This document shows positions 10,123 to 23,183 of a stretch of 47,206 bases of DNA, piece after piece. Source of the DNA: Patescibacteria group bacterium (lineage in GTDB: Bacteria; Patescibacteriota; Minisyncoccia; UBA6257; JAKLIH01). The position numbers were made by a program, and so were the translations under genes. Where the stretch lies: NCBI GenBank assembly GCA_022705625.1, contig JAKJEE010000001.1, forward strand, positions 1-47,206, read 5' to 3'. The notes beneath the pieces are model-generated. The model was given only the letters and a program-made list of their open reading frames with translations, had not been told where the DNA came from and searched no databases. Numbering within the stretch: the stretch's first letter is position 1; each line of letters opens with the position of its first letter.

Positions 10123-11151
10123 ATGGACTCAATTTATTATTTAAATGCTTTCGTCAATAATAATTTAGTGCGTGGCTTATTTTTTATGTTGCTAACAGTT
10201 TTGTCGGCGTATTTAGTTGATTATTTGATTTGATATTATTTTAAAAAAATTACTTTAAGAACCAACAATAAGATTGACGATTTTTTGATTAATGTCTTGA
10301 CCACACCAATTCATTGGTTTATTATTTTAATTGGTTTTAGAAAATCATTATTGTTAACTTTAAAGTGACCACTATCCAAGCAAATCAATTTATATTTTAC
10401 GATTATAATGGTGGCAATTATTGCCATAGTGGTTTCCAAAATATTAACATTTATTATTAAACGCTGGCTGAAGTCCTATAAAAATACCAAAACTATTCCT
10501 CAATACATAGGTAATATTGTCAGCGTTGTAATTTTTATAATAGCCATTGCTGTAGTTTTGTCGATATTGGATATATCAATTAGTCCAATTTTAACTAGCT
10601 TGGGTATTGCCGGTTTGGTAATTGGTTTATCATTGCAAAGCACATTAATCAACATTATCGCCGCGATTAAAATTATTTCGGAAGAAAAAGTAAAAATTGG
10701 TGATTATATTGATGACGGTGGCGCAATCAAGGGGGTAGTTGAAGATATAAGTTTAAACTCAACCCGAATCCGAAATCTCAATAATAATATAATCATTGTG
10801 CCTAATGCTAAGATTTCAGATAGCGCGGTAATTAATTATGCTCGTAATGAAAGTAAAATTAGGATTATAGTGCCAGTAGCAATCTCGACTGATCTACCGA
10901 TTGATAAAATCAAATCACAATTAGTCGAAATTGTTAAAGATATTTTTAAAAACCATGAAGGAACTTATAAAAAAAGGGAGCCAGAAGTATGATTAAATAG
11001 TGCGGAATATAATAATGCCCTTAATTTGCCGATTTATAAGTTCAATATTTTAATCAATATTGTTAGCTACCGCTATGAATTCAATATAATGGATGCGATT
11101 TTGACTAAAGTTAGTCAGGAGTTTTGAGATAAAAAGATAAAAAATAGCTAA
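10123..11151 (+). CDS. Small-conductance mechanosensitive channel (MscS family)
   Basis: Joined across TGAs in the frame of 10408..10992. TM helices are followed by LGIAGLVIGLSLQSTLINIIAAIKII..EKVKIGDYI...GVVEDISLNSTRIRNLNNNIIIVPNAKI. Confidence 0.8.
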
Positions 11152-11330
11152 AATATCGTAATTTTTGATGATTTTATGATGGTTTTTCGTCAATAATGTC
11201 AAAAACGTCTTGTTTTTATTGAGTTTTTGGCTAAAATGGTTTTTTTGGTTTTCCACAGACCCTATTGACGTCAAAAATTTAGTATGGTATAATTATACAT
11301 GTCTTTCAGTAATGAAAGATTTTCTATTAT

Positions 11331-11855
11331 ATGGACACAGGCGGGGGCTTAAAATCTAAATTAAGCCTTTTATCTAGCAAAATCAGACCTCTATTTACTA
11401 ATAAAACCTTATTAGTGATAGCGTGTATGGGTTTATTCTTAAACCTTGGTCAAGCTGGATTTTTATCAGTCAACGAAGCTTCATCGGTAGTAGTTCCTTT
11501 CCAAAATGGCTATTCCTATAACACTTTATTTTTAAAGCCGCTTAGCAATCAGCCAAAAAACACCTCTCCAGTTAAAATCAAAGTAAAAATAACAGCTTAT
11601 TCGTCTACAATTGATCAATGTGATAACGATCCTTTCGTTACTGCTTCTGGTCATACTGTAGAAGACGGTATTATCGCGGCTAACTTTTTGCCATTTAATA
11701 CTAAGGTCAGAATACCGGCAATTTATGGAGACCGTGTGTTTGTTGTAAAGGACCGGATGAACGAAAAATATAAAGATCGAGTAGATGTTTGATTTAACGA
11801 TACCCAAGAAGCTATTGACTTCGGCGTTAAAACAACCTATATCGAAGTTTTCTAA
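11331..11855 (+). CDS. 3D-domain (RlpA/MltA-like double-psi beta-barrel) cell-wall protein with N-terminal signal/TM
   Basis: ITAYSSTIDQCDNDPFVTASGHTVEDGIIAAN...FVVKDRMN...VDVWF. Reads through the TGA at 11790 to the TAA at 11853. Confidence 0.75.
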
Positions 11856-11860
11856 ACATA

Positions 11861-11890
11861 AAAAACCAATCTTAACGGTTGGTTTTTTTT
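11861..11890 (+). terminator. Rho-independent terminator after the 3D-domain gene
   Basis: AACCAA...TTGGTT stem followed by TTTTTTTT. Confidence 0.7.
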
Positions 11891-11967
11891 GATATCAAAT
11901 CCGTGTTAAGTAATTTAATGGTAATTCTTTTAATCTCTTTAGATAATTGTATCGGAAAATTCTTTCC

Positions 11968-11998
11968 AAATGGAACGCCGCCGGGCGGCGTTCCATTT
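11968..11998. other. Isolated GC-rich perfect palindrome (13-bp arms)
   Basis: AAATGGAACGCCG-CCGGG-CGGCGTTCCATTT in an otherwise AT-rich intergenic region. Confidence 0.9.
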
Positions 11999-12107
11999 TA
12001 GATTTATTTACCTCGCCATACCTTTTTACTTAAATTATATATTGCTTAATTCAAAATCTTTCATTTTTGGTATTTTTATGATATAATTATTATATTAAGT
12101 ATATATT

Positions 12108-12815
12108 ATGTTAACAACCTTGGGTTTTGTGATTAGTAAAAAAAATGTAAAAGAATTCGATAGAGAATATTGTTTTTTTACAAAGAAATATGGTAAAATA
12201 AATTTAATCGCTAAATCAATTCGTAAACCATTGTCAAAATTAAGTGCTCAGTTAGAGCCACCATCGCTGATTGAAATTGTCTTTGTGCCTAATAGTGAAA
12301 AAGGACTAATTATCACCGCCTTAGCTAAAAACAGCTACTGTTCTATTAGAAAAAATATTGACAAATTAAAAATTTATAATCGAATCGTCAATAGGCTTGA
12401 TGATTTATCAATCACTAAACAACCTGACGAGGCCTTATGATCATTGATTAACACCTCGATCAAAAATCTCAATAAATATAGTGGTAAAATTGTTGAACTT
12501 AATTTTTCAGCCAAATTTTTAAAAATAATCGGTTTGGCGCCTAATATGAGTTATTGTCTTAATTGTCAAAATAAAATTACTGATAATCAGAGTGTGGGTT
12601 TTGATAAATACCAGGGAGGAGTTGTGTGCGCCAAATGTGTTAGCCCCAAAAGCATTAATCTAACCTCGCAAGTGTTTAAGTCAATTAATATTTTGATCAA
12701 TATGCCTTTTAAAGAAATAATGGCTAAAGAATTAAACATACCAATTGAGCAAAGAAGTGGTGACATTAAAAAGTTTTTTGATGAATATATTAAACAAACA
12801 AAAAAATACTTTTAA
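12108..12815 (+). CDS. recO: DNA repair protein RecO
   Basis: N-terminal OB-fold-like region (GFVISKKNVKEFDREYCFFTKKYGKINLIAKSIRK) and a C-terminal Cys4 zinc motif (CLNCQN...CAKC). The two fragments are joined across one TGA. Confidence 0.8.
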
Positions 12816-12837
12816 AAACAATGTTTAAATTATTACT

Positions 12838-14565
12838 ATGAAAAACAATCAAATAAAGTGATTTGCACTGGGTATGATCTCGATTGTAATTTTAATCGTG
12901 GGTGGCTATTTTATTTGAAAAACCATTACCCCCGGTAGTGTTCATTTTTATATCGAAGGGCCAAAAGAAGTCAGAGCTGGCGAAACACAAAAGATCAAAC
13001 TAATCTGCGAAAATAATACTCGCTTAGTTTTATCAAATTCGCAAATAAAAATTCAATTACCAACCAATGCCTACGATCTTGATTTTAACAAATCACCAAT
13101 TATTATTTTGGGTGATATAGCTTCTAAAGAAAGGATCGAAAAAGAAATTGAAGTTAGATTTTTTGGATTAGCTGGCGACAAACTAAAAGTCATATCAACT
13201 TTTGAATATAAACCTCAGGGCTTTACTTCCATGTTTACAAAAGATCAAGCTTTTGATGTATTAATTAATGGTTCGGTAGTCGCCATTAATATTAATAATC
13301 CTAATCAGGTATTGCCCGAATCGTCTTTTGACACAACTATCAATTGGAATAATCAATCAAAACAAGATTTTGAAAATTTAGTTATTAAAGTCAACTATCC
13401 AGCGGAATATAATTTTGAAAGTAGTGATCAAGAGTCAATCCGCACTAACAATGAATTTGATTTAGGTTTTGTACGTCAACTTGAGCAAGGAGCGATTAAG
13501 TTAACTGGCACGATGAATAGCCAAGGTGGTGAAAACAAAAAATTTGAAGTTTTAATGGGTATTGATTTAAAAGACAAAAAAGAATTTTTAATGATTGGCA
13601 AAGCTGAATCAGTCGTGTCGCTAGTATCTAATCCATTAAATTTAAGTGTATTGGTAAATGAAAGCAGTGTTTACTCAGCATCACTCGGCGAAACATTAAA
13701 TGTGCTAGTGCACTATAAAAATAATTATGGAGTGCCTTTAAATAATATGGTATTGAAGGTTGTTTTTGATGGTGAATATTTTGATTACAAGAAATTGCAA
13801 CCAAACAAAGGCTATTTCACTTATGGTAACAAAACCATAACCTGGAATGAAGTTCAAATCCCGACATTCGCATCCCTTAACCCCGGGCAAGAGGGCGACT
13901 TAGTTTTTACCATTCCTATTACAGAGAAATACAATATTAAAACTTATAGTGATAAAAATCTTAAGTTAGGTATATCGGCCACATTAGAAAGTTTAACACC
14001 GCCACAGGGATTAGATATAAATTCAAAAATTAAAACCACGAGCAGTGCTTTAATAAAATTAAATGCTGATTTGGCCTTAGACGTTACTGGTTATTTTAAT
14101 GACAACAAAACTACCATCAGTAATTGTGGAATGTTACCATTGAAAGTTGGCCAGGCAACTTGTCTCACCATTCATATGAAAATAAAAAACTATGCCAACG
14201 ATGTCAACAATGTAGTTATCACTACTGATTTACCTTATTATGCCAATTATACCAATAAATATAGCACTAGCTATAGTAATGCTGATTTTACCTTTGATAC
14301 TTTCTCTAAAAAGTTAATTTGAAAATTAGATAATTTGCCGGCTAACTCGGGGGTAATTACCAAGCCCTACGAATTAATTTTTCAAGTGGAAGTCACTCCG
14401 ACTTCGGCCGAAGCTAATCAACAAATTGCTATTATAAATAAAACTACTGTCAGTGCGGTTGATGCCTTTACTCAGAATAATATCAGTAAAGTTTACAATG
14501 AGCTGATGTCAAATAAAATTTATGATGCCACTATTAACGCTAGCTACTCAAGGGTGCAAGAATAA
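12838..14565 (+). CDS. Membrane-anchored surface protein with about four tandem CARDB/DUF11-like beta-sandwich modules (hypothetical)
   Basis: N-terminal TM (WFALGMISIVILIVGGYFIW). Repeated '...NNxxxxLxNvxikvxxPxxy...' modules. Fragments 13108 and 14335 are in frame with the ATG at 12838. Confidence 0.5.
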
Positions 14566-14635
14566 AGAGCAAATGCCAACATTCAATAGCTAATATCCAA
14601 ATAAAAAATCGAGACAATAAATAAAATTAAAAAAT

Positions 14636-16051
14636 ATGAAAAAGGAACAAAATAAAATGGAAAAAATAGTAGCGTTTTTAAAAGATAATGGTTTTATAAA
14701 TCTATCTTCCGAACCATATGGTGGGTTTTCGAGTTCATACGACTATGGTGTTTACGGAGTGGAAATAAAAAATAATTTAAAGCAGGCCTGGTGAAACGAG
14801 ATGACAAAACATCACGAAGATATCGTTGGTATTGATTCAGCTATTTTAATGTCACCTCGCGTTTGAGAAGCATCCGGCCATTTATCCGCTGGCTTTGCTG
14901 ATGAATTAGTAGAATGTAAAAGCTGTCATAAAAGATTTAAGGCCGATGAATTAGAAATCCCTTCTTTGGAAGAAAAAATAAAAAAATTGAAAAAAGATGG
15001 CGCTGTTGGTATAAACGAAATGGATATTGAGCTAAATACTAAAATTTGGAAAAAATGTAGTTGTGGAGAATTGATCACCGATTTACCTAAGAAATTTAAT
15101 ATCATGATGAAAACATTTGTTGGCCCAATTGAAAGCGATACCAATGTAGTATATTTAAGAGGGGAGGCCTGTCAAGGTATTTATATGAATTTTTTATGAG
15201 CTAAAAATTCCGCTCGTATGAAAATACCATTTGGTATTTGCCAGATTGGAAAAGCGTTTAGAAATGAAATAACTCCTGGTCCGTTTACTTTTCGAACGAG
15301 GGAGTTTGAACAAATGGATTTACAATTTTTCGTTAAGCCCGATGACGCTGACCAATGATTCGAATTTTGAAAACAAGCAAGAATAAATTTTTATATTAAT
15401 CTTGGTATTAGTAAAGATCATTTAAGGTTTCATGATCACCCTCAAAACAAATTAGCTCATTACGCTAAAAAGGCCTGTGACATTGAATATCTTTTTCCTT
15501 GAGGTTGATCCGAAATAGAAGGCATTCATAATAGATCGGACTGAGATTTAGGTAATCATTCAAAATTCAGTGGCACGGATTTATCGTATTTTGACCAAGA
15601 AATAAAAGAAAAATATACACCCTATATTATTGAAACCTCAGCGGGATGTGATAGGACATTGCTGGCTTTCTTAATTGAAGCTTTTAATGAATTTGAAAAC
15701 GGCCGAAATAATGAAGCTAACAATGTTGAGTATTTATTAAAATTAAACTATCAATTATCGCCCGTAAAAGTTGCGGTTATGCCACTATTAAAAAATAAGG
15801 AAGGATTACAAGTTAAAGCTAGGGAAATATATAATACTTTGAAATTTGAATTTAATACTAAATTTGATGATAATGGCTCAATCGGCAAAAGATATCGAAG
15901 ACAAGATGAGTTGGGCACACCTTGATGTATAACAGTTGATTTTGACACTTTAGAAGATAATTGTGTTACGGTGAGAAATCGTGATACGATGTTACAAGCA
16001 AGAGTTAAAATCGTTGATTTAATAAATTATATAAAAACGCACTTATGCTAA
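14636..16051 (+). CDS. glyQS: Glycine--tRNA ligase (single-chain GlyQS type)
   Basis: [22 protein letters not shown][W], SPRV[W][36 protein letters not shown][W]DL, ETSAG.DR. Bracketed W = TGA. Confidence 0.92.
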
Positions 16052-17352
16052 CTAATTATTTAAAACAAATACCCGACAAGATTGAATATGAACAATATAA
16101 TTTGGACAACGGCTTAACCGTTGTACTGGCACCAATCAAAAATATTTTTACTGTCAACGCTGAATTGTTCGTTAAAGTTGGCGCTCAATATGAATCAAAA
16201 AATCTTAACGGCATTTCTCATTTTTTAGAGCATATGTCATTTAAGGGTACTAAAAATAAACCGAACCACTCCTTATTAGTTAAAGATATTGATGATAATG
16301 GTGGCCGACAAAATGCCGGCACAGGGCATGAAAATACTTCTTATTACGCTCATATTGGCTTTGAATATCTAAACTATGTTTTAGAATTCTTATCGGATAT
16401 CTTTACTAATTGTATATTTCCTGAACAAGAATTTCAAAAAGAGAAGGGGGTTGTCATTGAAGAAATTAGAATGTATGACGATCAGCCACAATCAAAGGCC
16501 GGAAGCTTAATGATTGAAGCTTTGTATGGTGATCAGCCAGCTGGTTGAAATATTGCTGGTACTGAGGAAAATATTAAAAAGATAACTCGAAACCAGTTAA
16601 TTAATTATTATCATAAATATTATCATCCCAAAAACGCCGTGCTATTTGTAGTTGGTAATTTTGATAAAACTAGCACTAAAAAACTCATTAAAAAATATTT
16701 TTCCATAAATATAAAAACTCAAAAAATTAAATTTCCAAAAGTTAAACTATTGTTGGATGGGCCACGAGTTAATGTCTTTAATAAAGACATAAAAGAATCA
16801 CATTTTGTGCTTGGTTTTAATGCTTTCAAAGAATTCGATAAAAATATTCCGATTATTTCAATTATTAATAGCCTACTATCAAGTGGTTTTAACAGCCGTT
16901 TATTTTTAAATATTCGAGAAAAATTAGGTGGAACATACTATATTCATAGCGGATCATATGCTATGTATGATCGAGGGGTGTTTGAATTAGCCGCCGGTGT
17001 TAACAATAATCGAACTGAAGAAATTTTATCGGCCGTTATAGAGGAAATAAAAAGATTAAAAACCGAAAAAGTTTCAGCTGAAGAATTAAATAAAGTTAAA
17101 AATCGTTTATTGAGTGCAACTTTAATGAATTTTGATAATCCTTATTTTGCCACTAACCCAATCTATGATGCGGTGCTTTATAATCATAAAGTTTTAACGC
17201 ATCGTCAAAGAATTAATAATCTTCTGCGAGTAACCAGTGATGATATCCAAAAAATTAGTAATCAAATTTTTACAGTCAAAAATATAAAATTGGGCATATT
17301 GACCAATGGTTATAAAGCTAAACAATTTGAAAAAATTATTGCTAAAATTTAA
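16045..17352 (+). CDS. M16-family (insulinase/pitrilysin-like) zinc peptidase
   Basis: Inverted zinc motif HFLEHMSFKGT (HxxEH). Two-domain length. Fragments joined across one TGA. Confidence 0.85.
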
Positions 17353-17373
17353 TTAATTAGTAATCTTAATACT

Positions 17374-18405
17374 ATGGATAAAGAATTTAGTATATCTTTT
17401 AAAAGTTTGTGACGAATTTGTTTGGTAAGTGCTATAGTGCTCGGTGCCATTTATTTTCGACAAATAATCTTAATGTTTTTGGCTTCATTGATCTTATCTT
17501 CGTCAATGGAAAATTTAATTAACTGATTAGAACATAGAAAAATACCTCGTATCTTGTCAGCCGTCGTGGTATACATTATCTTGATTGGTGTGTTAGCAGG
17601 ATTTATCTCTATTGTTTTGCCACCATTAATTCAAAATATAGCTAATTTGACTAATGATCTGCCTGAGATAATCCAATCTCAACCTGTTTCTAAATTTTTT
17701 AAAAACTATCTGCCTTTTGTTAATGCCAATAATTTAATAGAGAATATTGTTAATCCCGGTAGTTTATTGAGTTATGTTGGTGGCGTTGCCAAGAATTTTT
17801 CTGGTTTGATAACGAGTATGTCAAACTTTTTATTGATTATACTAATCGCTTTTTATTTGTCCATTGATAAAGGTTGGTTTAAAAACATACTAAACATACT
17901 TTTGCCATCATATTATAAAAAATATTTTATTCAATTATGAGAAAACGCGGAAAAGAAAATGGTTTTTTGATTATATAGCCAACTGGCGCTAAGTATGCTA
18001 CTCACTGCCTTGTCGATTATTGTATTCTATATTATGGGTATTAAATATCCATTATTATCGGCTGTAATTTTCGGTTTATTTGATTTTATACCATTTATTG
18101 GGCCGATCTTGGCTACAATTGTAATTTTGATGATAAACATTACTGGCAACATCAATCATCTTTGAATTCTGCTGATGGTATGTACGGTGTTACAATACAT
18201 TCAAAATATTATTAGCCCATATATACGTAGTAAATTTTTAAAAATTGATCCAATTATAACTTTGTTCTTTATAGCTATTTTTGGAAAATTAGGTGGGGCT
18301 TTAGGTGTATTTGTAGCGGTACCACTATCAACCATAATTGTTAATTTTGTAAAAGATTTAAGTAGCCAAAAAGTTTGTGACGAAAGGTTTCATAAACTTT
18401 TGTAG
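17374..18405 (+). CDS. AI-2E/PerM (UPF0118) family transporter
   Basis: Polytopic membrane protein. FDFIPFIGPILATI and VAVPLSTII are typical of the family. Three fragments are in one frame. Confidence 0.7.
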
Positions 18406-18431
18406 TTTTAAATGTAATTAATTATACTATT

Positions 18432-19931
18432 ATGCCCAAAAAAATATTTGTTACTTGCGCTTTGCCATATATTAACGCTGACCCACACTTGGGCCATGTT
18501 TTTGAGTTTATTCAGGCTGATTGCTTCGTCAGATTTAACAAACTGATTGGTAATGAAGTTTATTTTACGGCTGGAACTGATGAAAATAGTTTAAAAAATA
18601 TTTTGGCTAGTCACGAGCACAAGGTAAGTGTTAAGGATTGAATTGATCAAAAAACAGCTTCGTTTTTAAAGCTGAAAGATGATTTTGAAATTTCGTTTGA
18701 TGATTTTATTCGCACCACTGAAGAACGCCACCATTTAGGCGCTCAAAAATTATGGTCGCACTTAGATAAAAATGATATTATTAAAAAAAATTATGAAGGA
18801 TTGTATTGTGTGGGTTGTGAAACATTTTATACCGAAGATGAGTTAGTTAATGGTTTGTGTCCAGAACATAAAAAGGTGCCGGAAAAAATTACCGAAGAAA
18901 ATTATTTCTTTGTCTTGAAAAATTATAAAAATTTTCTAATTAAGAAAATTGAAAGTGGCGAGTGAAATATTATGCCAGAAAGTCGAAAAAATGAAATACT
19001 AAGTTTTCTCAAAGGCGATTTATTGGACATTAGTGTAACCCGCAGTAAAAAGAGAAGTGAGGGTTTGGGAATTGAAATTCCCGAAGATAAAGAACAAGTA
19101 TTGTGGGTATGGATCGATGCTTTATCAAACTACATTAATGTTCTCAATTATGGCTTAAGCGACCAAACATTATTTGAGAAGTGATGAAACCATAGTGATG
19201 AAATATGACATTTCTTGGGTAAGGGAATTTTAAGGTTCCACGCAGCTTTTTGACCAGCATTTTTGCAATCAGCGAAAATTAGAATTCCAACTCATTTATT
19301 CTGTCATGGCTATATCACTGTTAATGGGGAAAAGATGTCAAAATCTTTAGGCAATAGTGCTGATCCTCGTGAATTATTAAAAAAATATCCACTGGATTCT
19401 ATTCGTTATTATTTGATGAAAGATATTCCGTCTGGAGACGATGGCGATTTCAGTGAGATAAACTTAATTAGTCGTCATAATAATGAACTTTGTGCCTCTT
19501 GAGGCAATTTAGTTTCTAGGGTGTTGGCATTGGGCGAACAATATCAACAGCCCATAAAATTAGTCGCCAACGAGTTAAAGCCAGAAATTGATGAATCAAT
19601 AGAAAATTATATTGAATGTTTTTCAAAGGTAAGAACCAACGACGTGGTTAGCGTGTGTTTCGATTTAATTGCCAAAATCAATAAATATGTTAGTGATCAA
19701 AAACCTTGGTCGTTAATTAATACTTCAAAAACCGATTTTGAAAGAATAATTTCAAGTTCGCTATATGGCATTATTTACGCTAATTTATTATTGTCCGCTA
19801 TAATGCCCAAGAGTAGCAAAAAAATATTTGATAGGTTGGATGTACAAATCGCGAGTTTAAAAGATATACCGTTGTTGGCAAACCAAGAATTCACTCTTAA
19901 AAAACCAGAGAATTTATTTAATCGTATTTAA
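18432..19931 (+). CDS. metG: Methionine--tRNA ligase
   Basis: HIGH-type ALPYINADPHLGH, CxxC zinc knuckle (YCVGCE...CPEH), YVW-like VWIDAL, F[W]PAFL, KMSKS. Four fragments are in one frame. Confidence 0.92.
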
Positions 19932-19932
19932 A

Positions 19933-20376
19933 ATGTCGACCATTTTTGCGACCAATAAAAAAGCTTATTTTGACTATGAAATAAAGGATACCATTGAAGC
20001 CGGCTTAGTGTTAAAGGGCTATGAGGTAAAATCAATAAAGAACTCACATATTAGTTTAGCGGGTAGCTATGCTACTTTTCATGGTAGCGAATTGTTTTTA
20101 ATTAATACCACCATTTCGGAATATCAATCAAAAAACCAACCTACCAATTATGACAAAAATGCTAGTCATAAATTATTGCTGAAAAAATCAGAATTAGAAA
20201 TGTTATTACGCCAAATAAAAGAAAAAAAGATGGTTTTAGTGCCAACTAAGATTTATTTAAAAGATAACAAAATTAAAGTAGAAATTGGTATTGGCCGACC
20301 AAAAAAGAAATATGATAAAAGGGAGGTTTTAAAAGAGCAAGAAAGCCGAAAAATTATAAAAAAATACAAGCCGTAA
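19933..20376 (+). CDS. smpB: SsrA-binding protein SmpB
   Basis: NKKAYFDYEI..T.EAGLVL.G.EVKSI; intact 147-aa ORF. Confidence 0.9.
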   Translation: MSTIFATNKKAYFDYEIKDTIEAGLVLKGYEVKSIKNSHISLAGSYATFHGSELFLINTTISEYQSKNQPTNYDKNASHKLLLKKSELEMLLRQIKEKKMVLVPTKIYLKDNKIKVEIGIGRPKKKYDKREVLKEQESRKIIKKYKP

Positions 20377-20629
20377 GATAATCGACTAATCAGTTAATAC
20401 CTAAAGATACCACAATAAAAACTCCTATACCAACTTATAGTTAATTAAAAATTAGCGTGAATACTAAGAGCTATTCAGGATTTAAAGAAAATATATAAAT
20501 AGAGAAGAGTAATTGATATCAAGTAACCAAGAAAGCCAGCCGGAGGATAACCAGCTAAGGTCTTGCTTTCTAAAACAAAATATGATAAAGTAGCTTTATC
20601 TTAACACAAAGAATAATAACGTTCAAAAC

Positions 20630-20890
20630 ATGAAAAAAACTGCTTCAAAAGCTAAAATAATTGCTAGTGCCAGAGTTCATGATAAAGACACTGGTTCTCC
20701 TGAAGTCCAAATTTCTTTACTCCAACAAAATATTAATAGTTTAAGCTCTCATCTTAAAAAACATCCCAAAGATGTTGACGCTAAAAGAGGGTTACTTGAA
20801 ATTGTTGCTAAAAGAAGAAAATTATTAAACTATTTAGAAAAAAAGTCAAAGAAGCGCTTTAATGCTTTGAATAAAAAAATTAAAGCTTAA
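20630..20890 (+). CDS. rpsO: 30S ribosomal protein S15
   Basis: TGSPEVQISLL...I..L..HLKKHPKD..AKRGLL..V.KRRKLL.YL. Confidence 0.9.
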   Translation: MKKTASKAKIIASARVHDKDTGSPEVQISLLQQNINSLSSHLKKHPKDVDAKRGLLEIVAKRRKLLNYLEKKSKKRFNALNKKIKA

Positions 20891-20898
20891 CCCCAACT

Positions 20899-20923
20899 AA
20901 AGAACAGTTTTGTTCTTTTTTTG
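20899..20923 (+). terminator. Terminator after rpsO
   Basis: AAAGAACA-GTTT-TGTTCTTT, then a T-run. Confidence 0.75.
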
Positions 20924-21044
20924 GTGGTATATATTAAAAAATTAATTAAAATATCCTTGAGTAATAACTAATCATATTTGTTTTATTTAAAAATATTTTT
21001 AGCTAAAACAAATATGGTTAATGCTCAGGGTTAAACAATATATT

Positions 21045-23153
21045 ATGGATTTTAAAGAATTCAGTTTAGATATTAATGGCACACCATTAATTATTAAGCA
21101 TTCATTGTTGGCCAGACAAACCAATGGCGCGGTGTTAGCTAAATTTGGAAACTCGGAAGTATTGGCCATTGCGGTAATGGGAATAGAAGACAAATTTGAC
21201 AAAGATTGTATGCCTTTATCGGTTGACTACGAAGAAAAATATTATGCCACTGGTAAATTGTTAGGCAGTCGTTATATGCGTAGAGAATCACGGCCTAGCG
21301 AAGGAGCAACTTTAACAAGTCGAATGATTGATCGAACTATTCGACCATTATTTAATCCTTATTTGCGTCGAGAAGTTCAAGTTAATGTAACTTGTTTGGC
21401 TTTTGACGAAGTTAACGATCCAGATATATTGGCAATGATCAGTGCCTCAATAGCATTGATGATTTCTGATATTCCTTGAAATGGACCAATTGGATCAGTA
21501 AGAATTATTCATACCCCAAAAAGTGGTTTTATAATCAACCCAACCTATTTACAAAGAGAAGAAGAAGTTAATTTTGAAATGGTTTTGTCAGGCGTTAAAA
21601 ACAAAATTAATATGATCGAATTTCAGGGTAGTGAAGCCGATGAAGAATTAATTGCCCAAGGTTTTGAAATCGGTCAAAAGGTTATTAATCAAATTTGCGA
21701 TTTTCAAGAAGCAATTCAAAAAGAAATTGGTAAAGAAAAAACCAGCTTGAATTTTATAACGATTGACGAAACTTTTAAAAAGCGAGCTTATGAATTATTG
21801 CAAGCTAAACAACAAGAAATTTTGTTTAGTCAAACTATGAATAAATTAACAAAACAAACCGAAATGACTTTGTTAGCCAAGGATGTAACTGAGCAATTAA
21901 AATCTGAAGGATTTGACGATGATAAACTTAATACCTTAACATTAATAATTGAAGAATTGACTAATGATATTTTACATAAGGAAATATTACAAAAAGACAA
22001 CCGACCCGATGGTCGATCATTGACCGAAATTAGACAACTGGATGTAATGATTGATGTTATTGCTCGCACTCATGGCAATGCTTTATTTGTCAGAGGTGAC
22101 ACTCAAACCTTATCAACGGTTACTTTGGGATCGCCCTTAGAAACTCTATCTGTCCAAAGTATGGAAAATGTAATGGAAAAAAGATATTTTCATCATTATA
22201 ATTTTCCACAATGATCAGTTGGTGAAGTCGGCAGATCTCGAGGCCCAGGCAGAAGAGAATTGGGCCATGGAGCTTTAGCCGAAAAAGCGATTATAGCCAT
22301 GCTGCCCAATAAAGTTGATTTTCCTTATACGATTAGAGTTGTCTCTGAAGTTTTGTCTTCGAATGGATCCAGTTCAATGGCCTCTACTTGTTCTTCTTGC
22401 TTGGCGCTAATGGCCGCGGGTGTACCAATAAAAGAAATGGTGGCGGGTATTGCTATGGGGGTAATCATTGATGAAAAAAACGAATCAAATTATAAAATCT
22501 TAACTGACATTCAAGGCCCAGAAGATCATTATGGCGATATGGATTTCAAAGTAGCTGGCACAAAAAATGGTGTTAATGCTTTACAATTAGACGTTAAAAT
22601 TAATGGCATTAATAGTATATTGCTAAGAAAAGCATTGGCCCAAGCTAAAGAAGCCAGATTATTCATTTTAGAAAAAATGAAATCGGTCATAGCTGCGCCT
22701 CGTAAAGAGATCTCTCAATATGCGCCAAAGATTGTTGCTTTTGATGTTAATCCCGAAAAAATTGGCGAAATTATCGGCAGCGGTGGAAAAACGATTAATA
22801 AAATCATCGAACTCACTGAAACCAAAATCGATATTGACGAAAAAACTGTTTATATTACCGGCATGGATATAGAAAAAATTAATCAAGCTAAAGCTATTAT
22901 CGAAAATTTGATTAAGGAATATGCCGTCGGCGATATCGTTGAGGGCACGATCAGCGAGATTAAAGATTTTGGTGCAATTGTTTATTTTGACGGTAACAAT
23001 AGCGGCTTGCTTCATATATCCGAAATTGATAATCGTCGTATTGACAAAGTCACAGATGTTATTAAATTGGGCGATAAATTAAAATTAAAAATTATACGAG
23101 TTGAAAATGGAAAAATCTCATTGTCGCTAAAAGCGATGAAAGAGAATAGATAA
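21045..23153 (+). CDS. pnp: Polyribonucleotide nucleotidyltransferase (PNPase)
   Basis: Two RNase PH domains (HYNFPQ[W]SVGE, GHGALAEKA, SSNGSSSMASTC, DIQG.ED..GDMDFKVAGT) plus KH (GGKTINKI) and S1 domains. An alternative upstream ATG lies at 21021. Confidence 0.92.
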
Positions 23154-23183
23154 AAACCAGCCAGTCAATTTGACTGGCAGTTT

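Noticed and set aside
14566-18431. T-box or other riboswitch leaders upstream of the aminoacyl-tRNA synthetase genes (glyQS, metG, argS)
   Set aside because: The upstream intergenic regions are only about 10 to 70 nt, which is too short for T-box architecture, and no specifier or antiterminator motifs are visible.
20377-20629. Looked for ssrA (tmRNA) next to smpB, and for an S15-binding leader upstream of rpsO
   Set aside because: There is no tRNA-like 5' GGGG... or 3' T-arm/ACCA end, and no tag-peptide reading frame. Only a 7-bp stem (20530..20536 / 20565..20571) is visible, which is too weak to call a regulatory structure.
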